From Escherichia phage B9-1, in sequence record OQ420740.1: a stretch of DNA of 64,000 bases. One strand, 5' to 3'. Each line of letters begins with the position of its first letter. Position 1 is the first letter of the stretch. Below are positions 17,733 to 26,681 of this stretch, in pieces. A model generated the notes under the pieces. It had not been told where the DNA came from. It worked only from the letters and a program-made list of their open reading frames with translations, and did no database searches. A program made the position numbers and the translations under genes.

Positions 17733-18722
17733 TTATTTAACGTGCTTGAAAATACCAGCCAACTCGGTCATTGTCATGCGAGTGGTCTTCATAAGGTCTG
17801 TCATAGCCTTCTCCATGATTGGAGATACTACCATGAAGTTACCTTTGGTGAAACCTTTGTTCCAGTCGGTAACTAATAGGGGTTTAAGTCCGGCACCGAG
17901 ACGTTCACCAGTTAAAGCACAACATTTTCGAATGTATGTGCTCTTAAACTGGCTGAATGACAGATCAACTTTCATACCTGCATCGTAGAACGTCTGGCAA
18001 TAGAAAGTGTAAGCTTTGGCAATCTCAACATCGTCAGGCAGTGCAGGAACCTCTTCTGTAAGCTCTTCTTCGACCCCTTGAGGCTCTTTTTCCTCTTCGT
18101 AAGCCTGTTGCGTCATCTCTTCAATCTCCTCTACTACAGGCTCGTTTACAATGTCAGAAATGTGCTTGTTGGCTCCACGATTAGCCATGAAGTTTTTAAA
18201 ATCCTGCATTGGTGACATATCTTCCTCCCATTCTTCGTCAAAGAGTGCTAGTTTATCCTCTTCCGTTCCATATTGCAAGATGAAATCTTCAAAAGTGTAA
18301 TCACCTTTCAATTTCTCCATACGCTCTTCGCTCAGGTGGAGCATCATCTGCTGGACAATTTTTCGATCAGTTTTGTCTTTAATCAAGACTGCGGTCTTTT
18401 TATCTACCAGGCAGTCCTTTAGGGAGTTGCATCTCAATCCCACCACACAACAATTATCAACCGCATAAGGACCTTCATCATCTATCCGCTCCAGAGATGG
18501 GTAGAAAGGATTTCCCAGTCCGTTTTCATCTGTGTGCATGTCGAAAGGTATAAGGGTATAGTCGCATACTCCCTCTCCTAAAAGTTTTTTACCAAATAGG
18601 AGATATTCTTCCCATGACAGGTTGAACTCTATATCCCGTTTCCGTGCGTTATTCTGTTTGCGTCTGTATTTTTTGAGCAAGCGCTCTAACTCTTCTGGTG
18701 TATAATATTTTTCAAGATTCAT
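17733..18722 (-). CDS. hypothetical acidic protein
   Basis: ATG at 18722 with SD AAGAGA; the track start 18782 is a TTG lying inside the divergent promoter region; Glu-rich central region. Confidence 0.55.
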   Translation of the reverse strand: MNLEKYYTPEELERLLKKYRRKQNNARKRDIEFNLSWEEYLLFGKKLLGEGVCDYTLIPFDMHTDENGLGNPFYPSLERIDDEGPYAVDNCCVVGLRCNSLKDCLVDKKTAVLIKDKTDRKIVQQMMLHLSEERMEKLKGDYTFEDFILQYGTEEDKLALFDEEWEEDMSPMQDFKNFMANRGANKHISDIVNEPVVEEIEEMTQQAYEEEKEPQGVEEELTEEVPALPDDVEIAKAYTFYCQTFYDAGMKVDLSFSQFKSTYIRKCCALTGERLGAGLKPLLVTDWNKGFTKGNFMVVSPIMEKAMTDLMKTTRMTMTELAGIFKHVK

Positions 18723-18753
18723 GAGTTGTCTCTTGTTCTCTGTGGGTGGAGAA

Positions 18754-18782
18754 ATCTTACCAAGTGCCTGAGAAGATGTCAA
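18754..18782 (-). promoter_or_regulatory. sigma70-like promoter (leftward operon)
   Basis: Minus strand TTGACA, 17-bp spacer, TAAGAT, about 30 nt upstream of ATG 18722; approximate. Confidence 0.4.
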
Positions 18783-18795
18783 CCTGAAAAACGTG

Positions 18796-18824
18796 TTGAC
18801 TTTACTCTAAATCCACGATATAGT
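18796..18824 (+). promoter_or_regulatory. sigma70-like promoter (rightward block)
   Basis: TTGACT, 17-bp spacer, TATAGT, about 40 nt upstream of ATG 18865 in a divergent intergenic region. Confidence 0.5.
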
Positions 18825-18864
18825 GCACCCATTCAAAAGAAAACTAACATAGGAGCACTTACTC

Positions 18865-19764
18865 ATGACAAATCTTAACAGTTTTAGCACCAGGTGGAAA
18901 CAAGATATCACAACCAATCTCTCAGCAGGTGATATCCTTTCTGCAATTTACGAGGCTTTGGATGATAAAGCTACTTCAAAATCGGTTTGTACTAATCCGC
19001 TAATCCCTGTAGTGATGAAGGTAATTGAGCGGAGGTTGGTATCTGGGTCCGATAAGTGGACATACCTTGATAATGGAGGGCATACTTACTCCAACGGATA
19101 TGTTGATATAAAAGTGGAATACGCAGTATCATACCGCCGGAGCGGTTCTGTAACTTTCAACTTCTCTGGAGGTTTCCGATCTCTGGCAACTTCACCTTTT
19201 GTTTCCTCAGAGGAGAAGTATGAGCTGCCATTTCTTTGGATGATGGCTAACGCGACAGGAAAAACCCCCGTTAGCATCCGAGTAAAATACAACTACAACG
19301 GATCTAGTAAGATCTATGCCGAGAGTGTCTCAGCAAGTTTTTATTTTGTGATGGGGGATGGAATCCTCAAACATATAAAGATGTGCGATATGCATGATGT
19401 TATAAATGAAGTGACTGATAAGAATGTCCTAGTGAAAGACCTCAATAATTTTTATACACCTGGAGACTATTACGTCAACCGCCCACTGTGCATCTTTAAT
19501 GCCGCACACCCTTTAGGTGAGTATTTGATCGCCAATAGCGATATTGCCAATAATCGCTTCGAGGTAGCAAGAGTACAGAATGAGGTGTTGACATCTTGCA
19601 AGAGCGGTGATAAGTTTACCGAAGAAGAGATGGGTGTTTTAGAGATGATGGGATATAAGTGTAGCCTTTGGGTAGATGAGGTGTTTAATGACGGCATCTA
19701 TGGACAGGATATTTACCCACTAAAGAAGTATACTGATTCCAGTTTAATTTACGCGGGGATTTGA
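18865..19764 (+). CDS. hypothetical protein
   Basis: 299 aa ORF, SD AGGAG. Confidence 0.6.
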   Translation: MTNLNSFSTRWKQDITTNLSAGDILSAIYEALDDKATSKSVCTNPLIPVVMKVIERRLVSGSDKWTYLDNGGHTYSNGYVDIKVEYAVSYRRSGSVTFNFSGGFRSLATSPFVSSEEKYELPFLWMMANATGKTPVSIRVKYNYNGSSKIYAESVSASFYFVMGDGILKHIKMCDMHDVINEVTDKNVLVKDLNNFYTPGDYYVNRPLCIFNAAHPLGEYLIANSDIANNRFEVARVQNEVLTSCKSGDKFTEEEMGVLEMMGYKCSLWVDEVFNDGIYGQDIYPLKKYTDSSLIYAGI

Positions 19765-19766
19765 CT

Positions 19767-20039
19767 ATGATGAAGTCATGTGGTAGTGTATATTATGTTG
19801 GTGAGAATGTTCAGGCAGATAGTGTGTGGAAATCCATTAAGTCCACCACCGATGATGCCTTCTTGAGCGGATCATGTTTCCCCAATCCTGGGGACATTCT
19901 CCCTTACCCTGGGGATTTTGTTGTCAATAAGATGGACGGTTACACCGTGTGCCTGATGGTTGAAAAAATCTTTTTAGACACTAGACACAATCACCGTCTT
20001 GTGTTAAAATTTCAAGAATGTAAAATGACAGTTGCCTAA
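19767..20039 (+). CDS. hypothetical small protein
   Basis: ATG 19767 (track start TTG 19761 overlaps the previous stop). Confidence 0.5.
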   Translation: MMKSCGSVYYVGENVQADSVWKSIKSTTDDAFLSGSCFPNPGDILPYPGDFVVNKMDGYTVCLMVEKIFLDTRHNHRLVLKFQECKMTVA

Positions 20040-20051
20040 GGAGGCCTACCA

Positions 20052-20408
20052 ATGTCTAAAGTTACTTATCGTGCAGCTATTTACTGCAATGAGCAACCAA
20101 TCAATAGTGATGGTCACTGCTTTTTTAAAGAAAATCAGTTGGGCTGTATTGCCCTCCCTGATGAAGGGGAAGGTTATATGATTGCATTGACAGGGTTTGA
20201 GCCTGAAGCCTTGGAAGCCAATCTGGACTACCTGGTAGAGAAGGGTGCTGCAGACTTGGTTGCCAATGGCCTCTCCATAAGCCTTGAAGAAGTGGAGCGC
20301 TTCATGGGCAATTACCGTGTAGTGCGTGAGTTTACTGTCGAGGTGGAAACTCCAGAGTGGGGTGGTACTGAAACTAATGCTGAAGAAAAAGAAGAGGAGG
20401 CAGAATAA
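20052..20408 (+). CDS. hypothetical protein (acidic C-terminus)
   Basis: 118 aa, strong SD AAGGAGG. Confidence 0.55.
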   Translation: MSKVTYRAAIYCNEQPINSDGHCFFKENQLGCIALPDEGEGYMIALTGFEPEALEANLDYLVEKGAADLVANGLSISLEEVERFMGNYRVVREFTVEVETPEWGGTETNAEEKEEEAE

Positions 20409-20665
20409 TGAAAGTGCAAATCTTAACTAATGCCGAGAAGATGTTTATCGAAGATACGCCTTTTGAAACTGGTGAGCTACAGTTTGTATATTTTGTTGAC
20501 TTAGATAAGGTTTTTCCTGCGCTGAATCTGGGTTTGGAGAAAGTACCTTATAAAACTCTATGCCAGGTTGTCCGTGCCTTAGCGGCAGATGGAGAGTTCC
20601 ACACCTTTGAAGATATCCAGACCTATGGGTATCTTGAACTGCAACGAGAAGAAGAGGTAGACTGA
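20408..20665 (+). CDS. hypothetical small protein
   Basis: 85 aa, SD GGAGG, start overlaps upstream stop. Confidence 0.55.
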   Translation: MKVQILTNAEKMFIEDTPFETGELQFVYFVDLDKVFPALNLGLEKVPYKTLCQVVRALAADGEFHTFEDIQTYGYLELQREEEVD

Positions 20666-20667
20666 TA

Positions 20668-21048
20668 ATGGCCCAGTGGAAGACAACAGTTGACCTTCAT
20701 GATCAGTGGTTAGGACGCATAACTGAAGACGGGAAACTGGTAGAGTGGGACAACAAACATGTTAGCGAGTTGGCAAGTATTGTGGCTGGCAAGTTACGCT
20801 CCAAGTTCCCTGAACAGCTGGATCCTGATAGTTCAAAGTTCGATCCTGAGTTGGAGGATGTTGTATACTACTTCGATACCGTTGATGACTACGACGCGTG
20901 GTTTGCAGCACGGGAGCTTTACCCACAAGGCTCTGCTATGCGCAAGATGGAAGAAGATTATCCTCCGTGTGAGCAATTCAATAGTGCAATGACTTGCCTC
21001 TATGATTGGGCAGATAAGAACCTTGTCTGGATTCGGACTGCATTTTAG
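20668..21048 (+). CDS. hypothetical protein
   Basis: 126 aa ORF. Confidence 0.55.
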   Translation: MAQWKTTVDLHDQWLGRITEDGKLVEWDNKHVSELASIVAGKLRSKFPEQLDPDSSKFDPELEDVVYYFDTVDDYDAWFAARELYPQGSAMRKMEEDYPPCEQFNSAMTCLYDWADKNLVWIRTAF

Positions 21049-21092
21049 TGGGTAGGGATGGCGGCAAGGATGCTGCTTAAGGAGCAGTAGAG

Positions 21093-21362
21093 ATGTTATA
21101 CCAGCAGTACGAACTTCGTGCAGAAAAAGAATTAAATTTTGACAAAGATATTCACAGATATTATTATGGGAAAGTTAGAGGGCAAGCAAGAAAGTGTACT
21201 CCAACACTCTTTTATGCCAGCAGACGACTAGCGCCAGAAGAGGCAACAGCAGAAAGGGTTGCATATGGCTGGAGAGTTGCGTATGATATTGACAGATCCG
21301 ATGTGATGTCTGTTTTGGAAAACTTTGAAAACACTTACACACAAGTAGAGGACTTTTACTAA
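21093..21362 (+). CDS. hypothetical small protein
   Basis: 89 aa, SD AAGGAG. Confidence 0.55.
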   Translation: MLYQQYELRAEKELNFDKDIHRYYYGKVRGQARKCTPTLFYASRRLAPEEATAERVAYGWRVAYDIDRSDVMSVLENFENTYTQVEDFY

Positions 21363-22546
21363 TGTCAAGAAACGTATTCGAAAGTGGTCAAATCACTGTC
21401 CGCGAGTTGCCAGCTATTATTCAATTTGCCCAGCGTCATAACCGATCTGTCCTGATTTTAGGACCGATGGGCGTGGGGAAGAGCCAGGTGATGAAGCAGA
21501 TTGCTGATAGTATGTTCGGTGAGCGAGATGACAACCTTGTTGACGTGCGACTGTCAGATAAAGACCCTGCTGACTTATCTGGGCTACCTATCCCTGTAGA
21601 GTCGGATGGGACTACACGTACAGTGTTTGCAATTCCAGAATTTTGGCCTGCAGATCCGGACTGGAGCGGAATTATCTTTCTAGACGAGCTTACTCATGCA
21701 GATAACTACCTGCAGAAGGTTGCAATGCAAATTATGCTCGACCACAAGTGCGGCACCTATGCATTTCCTAAGGGCTCTGTTTTTGTAGCTGCAGGTAACC
21801 GTGCTACAGACGGTGCTGTTCTTTCGGCGCTCGAAGCTCCTCTAGCTAACCGCTTTATCATTGTAGAAGTTACAAGCAGTGCAGAGGTGTTTATTGAGGA
21901 CTATGCATTCCTTAATGGGGTGCACTCCTCTGTAATTGGATATCTGAAAAGAGTCCCATCAGCCATTGATAATTATGAGGCCATGGCTGAGATTAATTGT
22001 CCATCTTTTGCCACACCGCGATCTTGGGTTGCTGCATCTGACATCTTGCACGATTTTGACAGCGGTATTATTTCTGACGCTATGGCCCGTGTCCTTCTAC
22101 AAGGTGCCATTGGTCACACTGCAGCGGTAGAAATTTGGACCTACCACACCAAGAAACGAAACTTGCCAGAAATCGGTCGGATTATGGCAGGAGGCTGCAA
22201 AGAATATGTAGGTCCTAAGCAGCCAGACATCTTGTGGATTCTGGGGTCTGAAGGTTGTATCGCTATTCGTAATATGATGGAAAATGCAAGTATCTCCGAC
22301 GAAGATCTCGTCAGCTGTGTGGCAAACTTCCTTGATTTCCTTTGGGAAAATTTCAAGGATGAGAACCGAGACTTTGTATTCTCAGTCTTTATGGCGATGA
22401 TGAAACCTAACGCCTTAGGAAATGCCTTACTTATTGGTAAAGGCAGGGACAAGATCGTTGCTCAGCTGATCAAAGCATACCCAAACCTGATGAAGATTGT
22501 AAAAGAGTTTGGTGAAGAGTTTAGCGCCATTTTAGCTAAAGCTTGA
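21362..22546 (+). CDS. MoxR-type AAA+ ATPase
   Basis: 394 aa; Walker A GPMGVGKS and Walker B IIFLDELTHA in MoxR-like spacing; likely partner of the vWA protein at 16239..17699. Confidence 0.7.
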   Translation: MSRNVFESGQITVRELPAIIQFAQRHNRSVLILGPMGVGKSQVMKQIADSMFGERDDNLVDVRLSDKDPADLSGLPIPVESDGTTRTVFAIPEFWPADPDWSGIIFLDELTHADNYLQKVAMQIMLDHKCGTYAFPKGSVFVAAGNRATDGAVLSALEAPLANRFIIVEVTSSAEVFIEDYAFLNGVHSSVIGYLKRVPSAIDNYEAMAEINCPSFATPRSWVAASDILHDFDSGIISDAMARVLLQGAIGHTAAVEIWTYHTKKRNLPEIGRIMAGGCKEYVGPKQPDILWILGSEGCIAIRNMMENASISDEDLVSCVANFLDFLWENFKDENRDFVFSVFMAMMKPNALGNALLIGKGRDKIVAQLIKAYPNLMKIVKEFGEEFSAILAKA

Positions 22547-22555
22547 GGAGGTTGT

Positions 22556-22936
22556 ATGGCTAAAGTAGGTAAGCGGGGAAACTACTTGGTGGTATTGACC
22601 GAGGAGCCGGAGAAGGAGTACGAATGCAGCTCCGCTTGTGTGATCGATATCCGAGAAAAAGATGTGGATGAAATCTGGTTTAAAATACTGGACGCTTGCG
22701 ACAGCAGTGACTATTTCTTCATCTATGTCAACGATAAAGCGGGGTTCTTCCATGACGATGGGGAATTACCGTATGAAATCTATGAACTTGTAGAGGCTTG
22801 CCATCGTGGAGATGCGGAGTTGTTTGGTCTACGGCTGAAAAGCGGTAAATTCTTCTATCAAGATGAATGCATGAATCTTCACAACTTCGTAGAGGGGACT
22901 TGCAACGATGGAGAGATTTTGGCACACTACGATTAA
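22556..22936 (+). CDS. hypothetical protein
   Basis: 126 aa, SD GAGGAGG. Confidence 0.55.
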   Translation: MAKVGKRGNYLVVLTEEPEKEYECSSACVIDIREKDVDEIWFKILDACDSSDYFFIYVNDKAGFFHDDGELPYEIYELVEACHRGDAELFGLRLKSGKFFYQDECMNLHNFVEGTCNDGEILAHYD

Positions 22937-22949
22937 TTTCTAAGACACA

Positions 22950-22976
22950 CCCCGCTTCGGCGGGGATTTTCTATTT
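22950..22976 (+). terminator. rho-independent terminator
   Basis: CCCCGCTTCGGCGGGG (GC stem, TTCG loop) followed by ATTTTCTATTT. Confidence 0.65.
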
Positions 22977-22985
22977 GGAGCTATT

Positions 22986-23486
22986 GTGAAAATTAAAATC
23001 TTTGCTATTATTTTGAGCGCATTTTTATCGCTGCCTGTTGTTGCAGCACCAAAACAAAAAGTATATCACACTTGCAAGCCGTCGGATACTAAGGAAAACA
23101 TTCTAGCATGCAATATCTACAGGGAGGCTAGAGGGGATGGCACGATGGGTATGCTGGCATCCGGATTTGCCACACTAAACAGGAAATCTCACCCCAAATA
23201 CCCAGACACTATAAGAAAGATTGTCTACCAACCTAACCAGTTTTCGTGGACAAACCACGGCAAAACTTTTAAGGTGACAGAAAAAGATTCATGGGATCAC
23301 GCTAAAAGTCTTGCAAAGATGCTTCTAAAGGTCTATAATAACAACCATGTTGCATACATGGCTATGGATATAACAGGCGGAGCAACACACTACCATACAA
23401 CAAAAGTACGACCGAAATGGGCAAAAAAGATGCAGAGGACAGCTCAATTCGGGAGCCATATCTACTACAAGGAGCGCAATAAATGA
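22986..23486 (+). CDS. secreted cell-wall hydrolase (SleB/CwlJ-like, Hydrolase_2 family)
   Basis: GTG start; N-terminal signal peptide MKIKIFAIILSAFLSLPVVAAP; motifs YREARGDG ... LNR ... YQPNQFSW match the SleB-type cell-wall hydrolase signature. Confidence 0.55.
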   Translation: MKIKIFAIILSAFLSLPVVAAPKQKVYHTCKPSDTKENILACNIYREARGDGTMGMLASGFATLNRKSHPKYPDTIRKIVYQPNQFSWTNHGKTFKVTEKDSWDHAKSLAKMLLKVYNNNHVAYMAMDITGGATHYHTTKVRPKWAKKMQRTAQFGSHIYYKERNK

Positions 23487-25465
23487 TTGTAAACAGCAAT
23501 GAAACTAAAGCGGTGCTAACTGGGAATATGGAGGTAACCAGGGGATCAATTTCTCTGAACAAAGAGACTTTTGGGCTAATCATCAAAGGGATTTATGAAG
23601 ATAAGGTACTGGCAAGCTGCCGTGAACCGATCTTCAATGCTGTGGACTCACATGTTGAGTCTGGACGAGGTGATGTACCGATCATCATTCACTCTCCTAC
23701 AGACCTTGAACCATACTTCTTTGTGCAGGACGTTGGATTAGGCATGTCAGAAGAGATGGTCCGTAACACTTTCATGAACCTAGGTGAGTCGACCAAGCGC
23801 AACAGCAACGCTCTGGTAGGCAATAAAGGTGTTGGTTCAAAGGCCCCGTTCAGCATGGTGGACACTTTCGATGTAATCAGTGTGCACAACGGTGTGGAAA
23901 GCACATACCTATTGTTCTTGGACCAGGGTATCCCAAATGTCACCAAGATCCGTGAGCGGAAGACTGAAGAGCACAACGGGGTAAAAGTTCAGTTTCATGT
24001 TAAGAAAGAGCATGTTCTGAAATATCGCACCGCTATTGCATCATGCCTGCGCTATGCAAAATTTCCGTTCACTGTCACCGACCCGATGACGAGCAAGATG
24101 CTGGAGGGAGACAAAGTAGAGGCGCAGTATTATTATGAAAAAGATGGTTGGAAGATGACCATCCTGAAGGGTTATACCAGCTCTGACGAGAGTCGTGTGG
24201 TAATGGGTCACCAACCTTACCGTTCTAAGTTCCTGGAGACACTAATAGATTATCCTGCAATTTGTGTAGAGATCCCTATCGGAGATTGCAATATTAACCC
24301 AGGGCGTGAATGGACCATAGAAGGTCACGACGATGGTGGATTCCAAGAGCGTTTGGAAGCTTTTGTCAAAGAAGGCATTCGCCTTCGTGGAGCAGAAGTT
24401 GTTGCAGAACTGGAGACAGCAAAAACATCCTCAGAAGCACGCGAGATGATGAAGAACAGTGGAGTGTTCGGGCACATCTTCGGTAAGAATTTTATGTATG
24501 ACCGCTGGGAAGAAACAGGGCTAGGAAATTTGGGGGACTGCGAGATCTTCGCTGGCGGCTTAAATAAAGGCCGCATAGGTTACGCCTGCTACGGAAAGGT
24601 AGAATTCTTACGGGGAGTTTATTTAGTATTTAACGACGGAGACGGCAAATATAACCGGAATAAGTGTAACTACTTAAGCGAGATTACCGGACGCAACGTT
24701 TTCTATTGCCGTAACACGGATCTGGTGAAAGAGTTTAAAGAGGCGGCACACCATCCGTTTTTTGCAGATACGGTCAAATTGTTATCGGAGCTTCCACGCC
24801 GACCTACGAAGAAAGGTGAAACCAAAACCCGTTACGAACCAGGCTATTGGGTTAAAAAACTTGAGAAGGATGGTTACTTCCGGCGTGAGCGTATTACTAA
24901 GGCAGAGTTCAGGAAGATTAAGCACTGCATACCGTATGAGGGGGATATCCAACGCGGAAGTTGTTGGCTAGGGCAGATGAGCAACATCTACCAGCAAGAT
25001 TATGACCGTGTGCGTTCGGCACTCCAGATTCCTGAAGGGGAAGATCTGTACCTGGTGTCGGAATCTCGTCTGCTTTGGACTGATCCTGATTGCCAATATG
25101 TTACAGAGAAGAATGTGGAACATTTGTTGAAAGAGGATGCTTGGAAATTCTTACTAACTCGCGCAGCAAATGAAACTTCATATGACAGCCTGTACAGACA
25201 GTTAGGTAAAATTATCCCCATGCAGGATTTTGGAAGTTATCGGCCACATTTCCACAAGTGGGAAGGTAGCACCACGTGGAAGTACGGTGAGCTAAATCAT
25301 CGTGCCAAAATCTTAATCGCCAACCGGGTTAAGTGCGGGAAGGCCTATATTGCAAGATTGGAAAAGAAATATCCACTTTTGAAGCATGTAGGCTTGAAAT
25401 ATTGGGACACTCCTGCTATGATTGAATACCGTGAACTGATTGATACAAAGAATAACATCAAATAA
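23483..25465 (+). CDS. GHKL-type ATPase (rIIA-like)
   Basis: 660 aa; N-box NAVDS, G1 box DVGLGMS, G2 box GNKGVGSKA in GHKL order; T4 rIIA carries such an N-terminal domain; rIIA assignment is by analogy only. Confidence 0.6.
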   Translation: MIVNSNETKAVLTGNMEVTRGSISLNKETFGLIIKGIYEDKVLASCREPIFNAVDSHVESGRGDVPIIIHSPTDLEPYFFVQDVGLGMSEEMVRNTFMNLGESTKRNSNALVGNKGVGSKAPFSMVDTFDVISVHNGVESTYLLFLDQGIPNVTKIRERKTEEHNGVKVQFHVKKEHVLKYRTAIASCLRYAKFPFTVTDPMTSKMLEGDKVEAQYYYEKDGWKMTILKGYTSSDESRVVMGHQPYRSKFLETLIDYPAICVEIPIGDCNINPGREWTIEGHDDGGFQERLEAFVKEGIRLRGAEVVAELETAKTSSEAREMMKNSGVFGHIFGKNFMYDRWEETGLGNLGDCEIFAGGLNKGRIGYACYGKVEFLRGVYLVFNDGDGKYNRNKCNYLSEITGRNVFYCRNTDLVKEFKEAAHHPFFADTVKLLSELPRRPTKKGETKTRYEPGYWVKKLEKDGYFRRERITKAEFRKIKHCIPYEGDIQRGSCWLGQMSNIYQQDYDRVRSALQIPEGEDLYLVSESRLLWTDPDCQYVTEKNVEHLLKEDAWKFLLTRAANETSYDSLYRQLGKIIPMQDFGSYRPHFHKWEGSTTWKYGELNHRAKILIANRVKCGKAYIARLEKKYPLLKHVGLKYWDTPAMIEYRELIDTKNNIK

Positions 25466-25475
25466 GGAGACCAAG

Positions 25476-26681
25476 ATGATTTTCATCTACGAACATTTCA
25501 AAACTCGTAAAGAAGCACGTGACCGCCGTGCAGAACTTGAGAAGAAGGGTTTCACATGCGCTATTGAGAAAGGTAACACAACCTGGACACTGGCAGTAGG
25601 TGCCCCAGAGTTGTTCGATCCTGACCGTGACAGCGTCTGCTACACCCGTGAGGATTTTGAAACCCGTGAAGAGGCCCGTTTATTTCGATATGGGCTGGAA
25701 GATAACGGTAAGTACGCCATGATCTTAGATTTAGGAGAAGGTTCCGTTAAACGTTGGGGTGTGGTATATCCACTGTGTGTTGTTCACGGTGTAGGGTTCA
25801 CTGGGGTAGCAATCAAGTCAGAAGAACCTTTAGTAGAAGTAAAAGACCCGGTGCTGGAGGTGGTGAGCAGTGTGTCTCAGCAACAGACCCGAAGCATCGA
25901 GCCTTTGGTGGTTATTTGCGGGGAACTCCTCCAGATCACCTGCAACGAAGGTATTTTTGAAATTCGCCGCAGTGAAAGTGAGGAAGTTTACCAGAAAGTC
26001 TTCGACCATATCTCTGTTCAGGAATATGACGAGGCAATTGGTGAAATCCTTGTCTGGCTGGAACGCAAGAATGAGTTCACCACACTTGCAGACAACCTGA
26101 TCATGAAAGATGGTAAGCTCTACTACTACGGTGTAGAGATGCGATCCACCATTGCAAAGAAAATTGAGAAAGATTATGCAGACGGAACACTGGATGACCG
26201 CTATGTGAAATTCCTCGTTCGCCTGCTACGCAATCCTTCTGCAAAATCTGTAAACATGCTCTACGATTTTATGCAGGCAAACGACATTCAGATTGCAGAA
26301 GATGGTCGAATCATTTGCTACAAAGGGGTTCAGTTTAACGGCGACAAGTGGGTGGATTGGCACAGTGGTAAAGTCCCACAATACCAGGGGGCTTTTGTAT
26401 CCATGCCTCGTAACTTTGTAGAGGATGATCCGGAAGCTGCATGCTCTTATGGCCTGCACTGTGCCAGCAAAGAGTATGCAAAGAGCTACGGAACTGTGAT
26501 GACGGTTATGGTTGACCCTGCCGATGTAGTTAGTGTACCTTACCAACACAACAGCGCCAAGTGCCGTGCATGCCGCTACGAAATCGTAGTAGCTCCAGAA
26601 TCGCGCAAAGATGGCGACCCAATTGAGTACGTGGTTGACCGCGACGGTAATACTATCGACATTATCTACGAGGAGGCGTAA
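25476..26681 (+). CDS. hypothetical protein (rIIB-like by position only)
   Basis: ATG 25476 with SD AAGGAGA (track start 25440 overlaps the upstream gene); two ~35-aa N-terminal repeats (TRKEARDRRAELEK / TREEARLFRYGLED). Confidence 0.55.
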   Translation: MIFIYEHFKTRKEARDRRAELEKKGFTCAIEKGNTTWTLAVGAPELFDPDRDSVCYTREDFETREEARLFRYGLEDNGKYAMILDLGEGSVKRWGVVYPLCVVHGVGFTGVAIKSEEPLVEVKDPVLEVVSSVSQQQTRSIEPLVVICGELLQITCNEGIFEIRRSESEEVYQKVFDHISVQEYDEAIGEILVWLERKNEFTTLADNLIMKDGKLYYYGVEMRSTIAKKIEKDYADGTLDDRYVKFLVRLLRNPSAKSVNMLYDFMQANDIQIAEDGRIICYKGVQFNGDKWVDWHSGKVPQYQGAFVSMPRNFVEDDPEAACSYGLHCASKEYAKSYGTVMTVMVDPADVVSVPYQHNSAKCRACRYEIVVAPESRKDGDPIEYVVDRDGNTIDIIYEEA

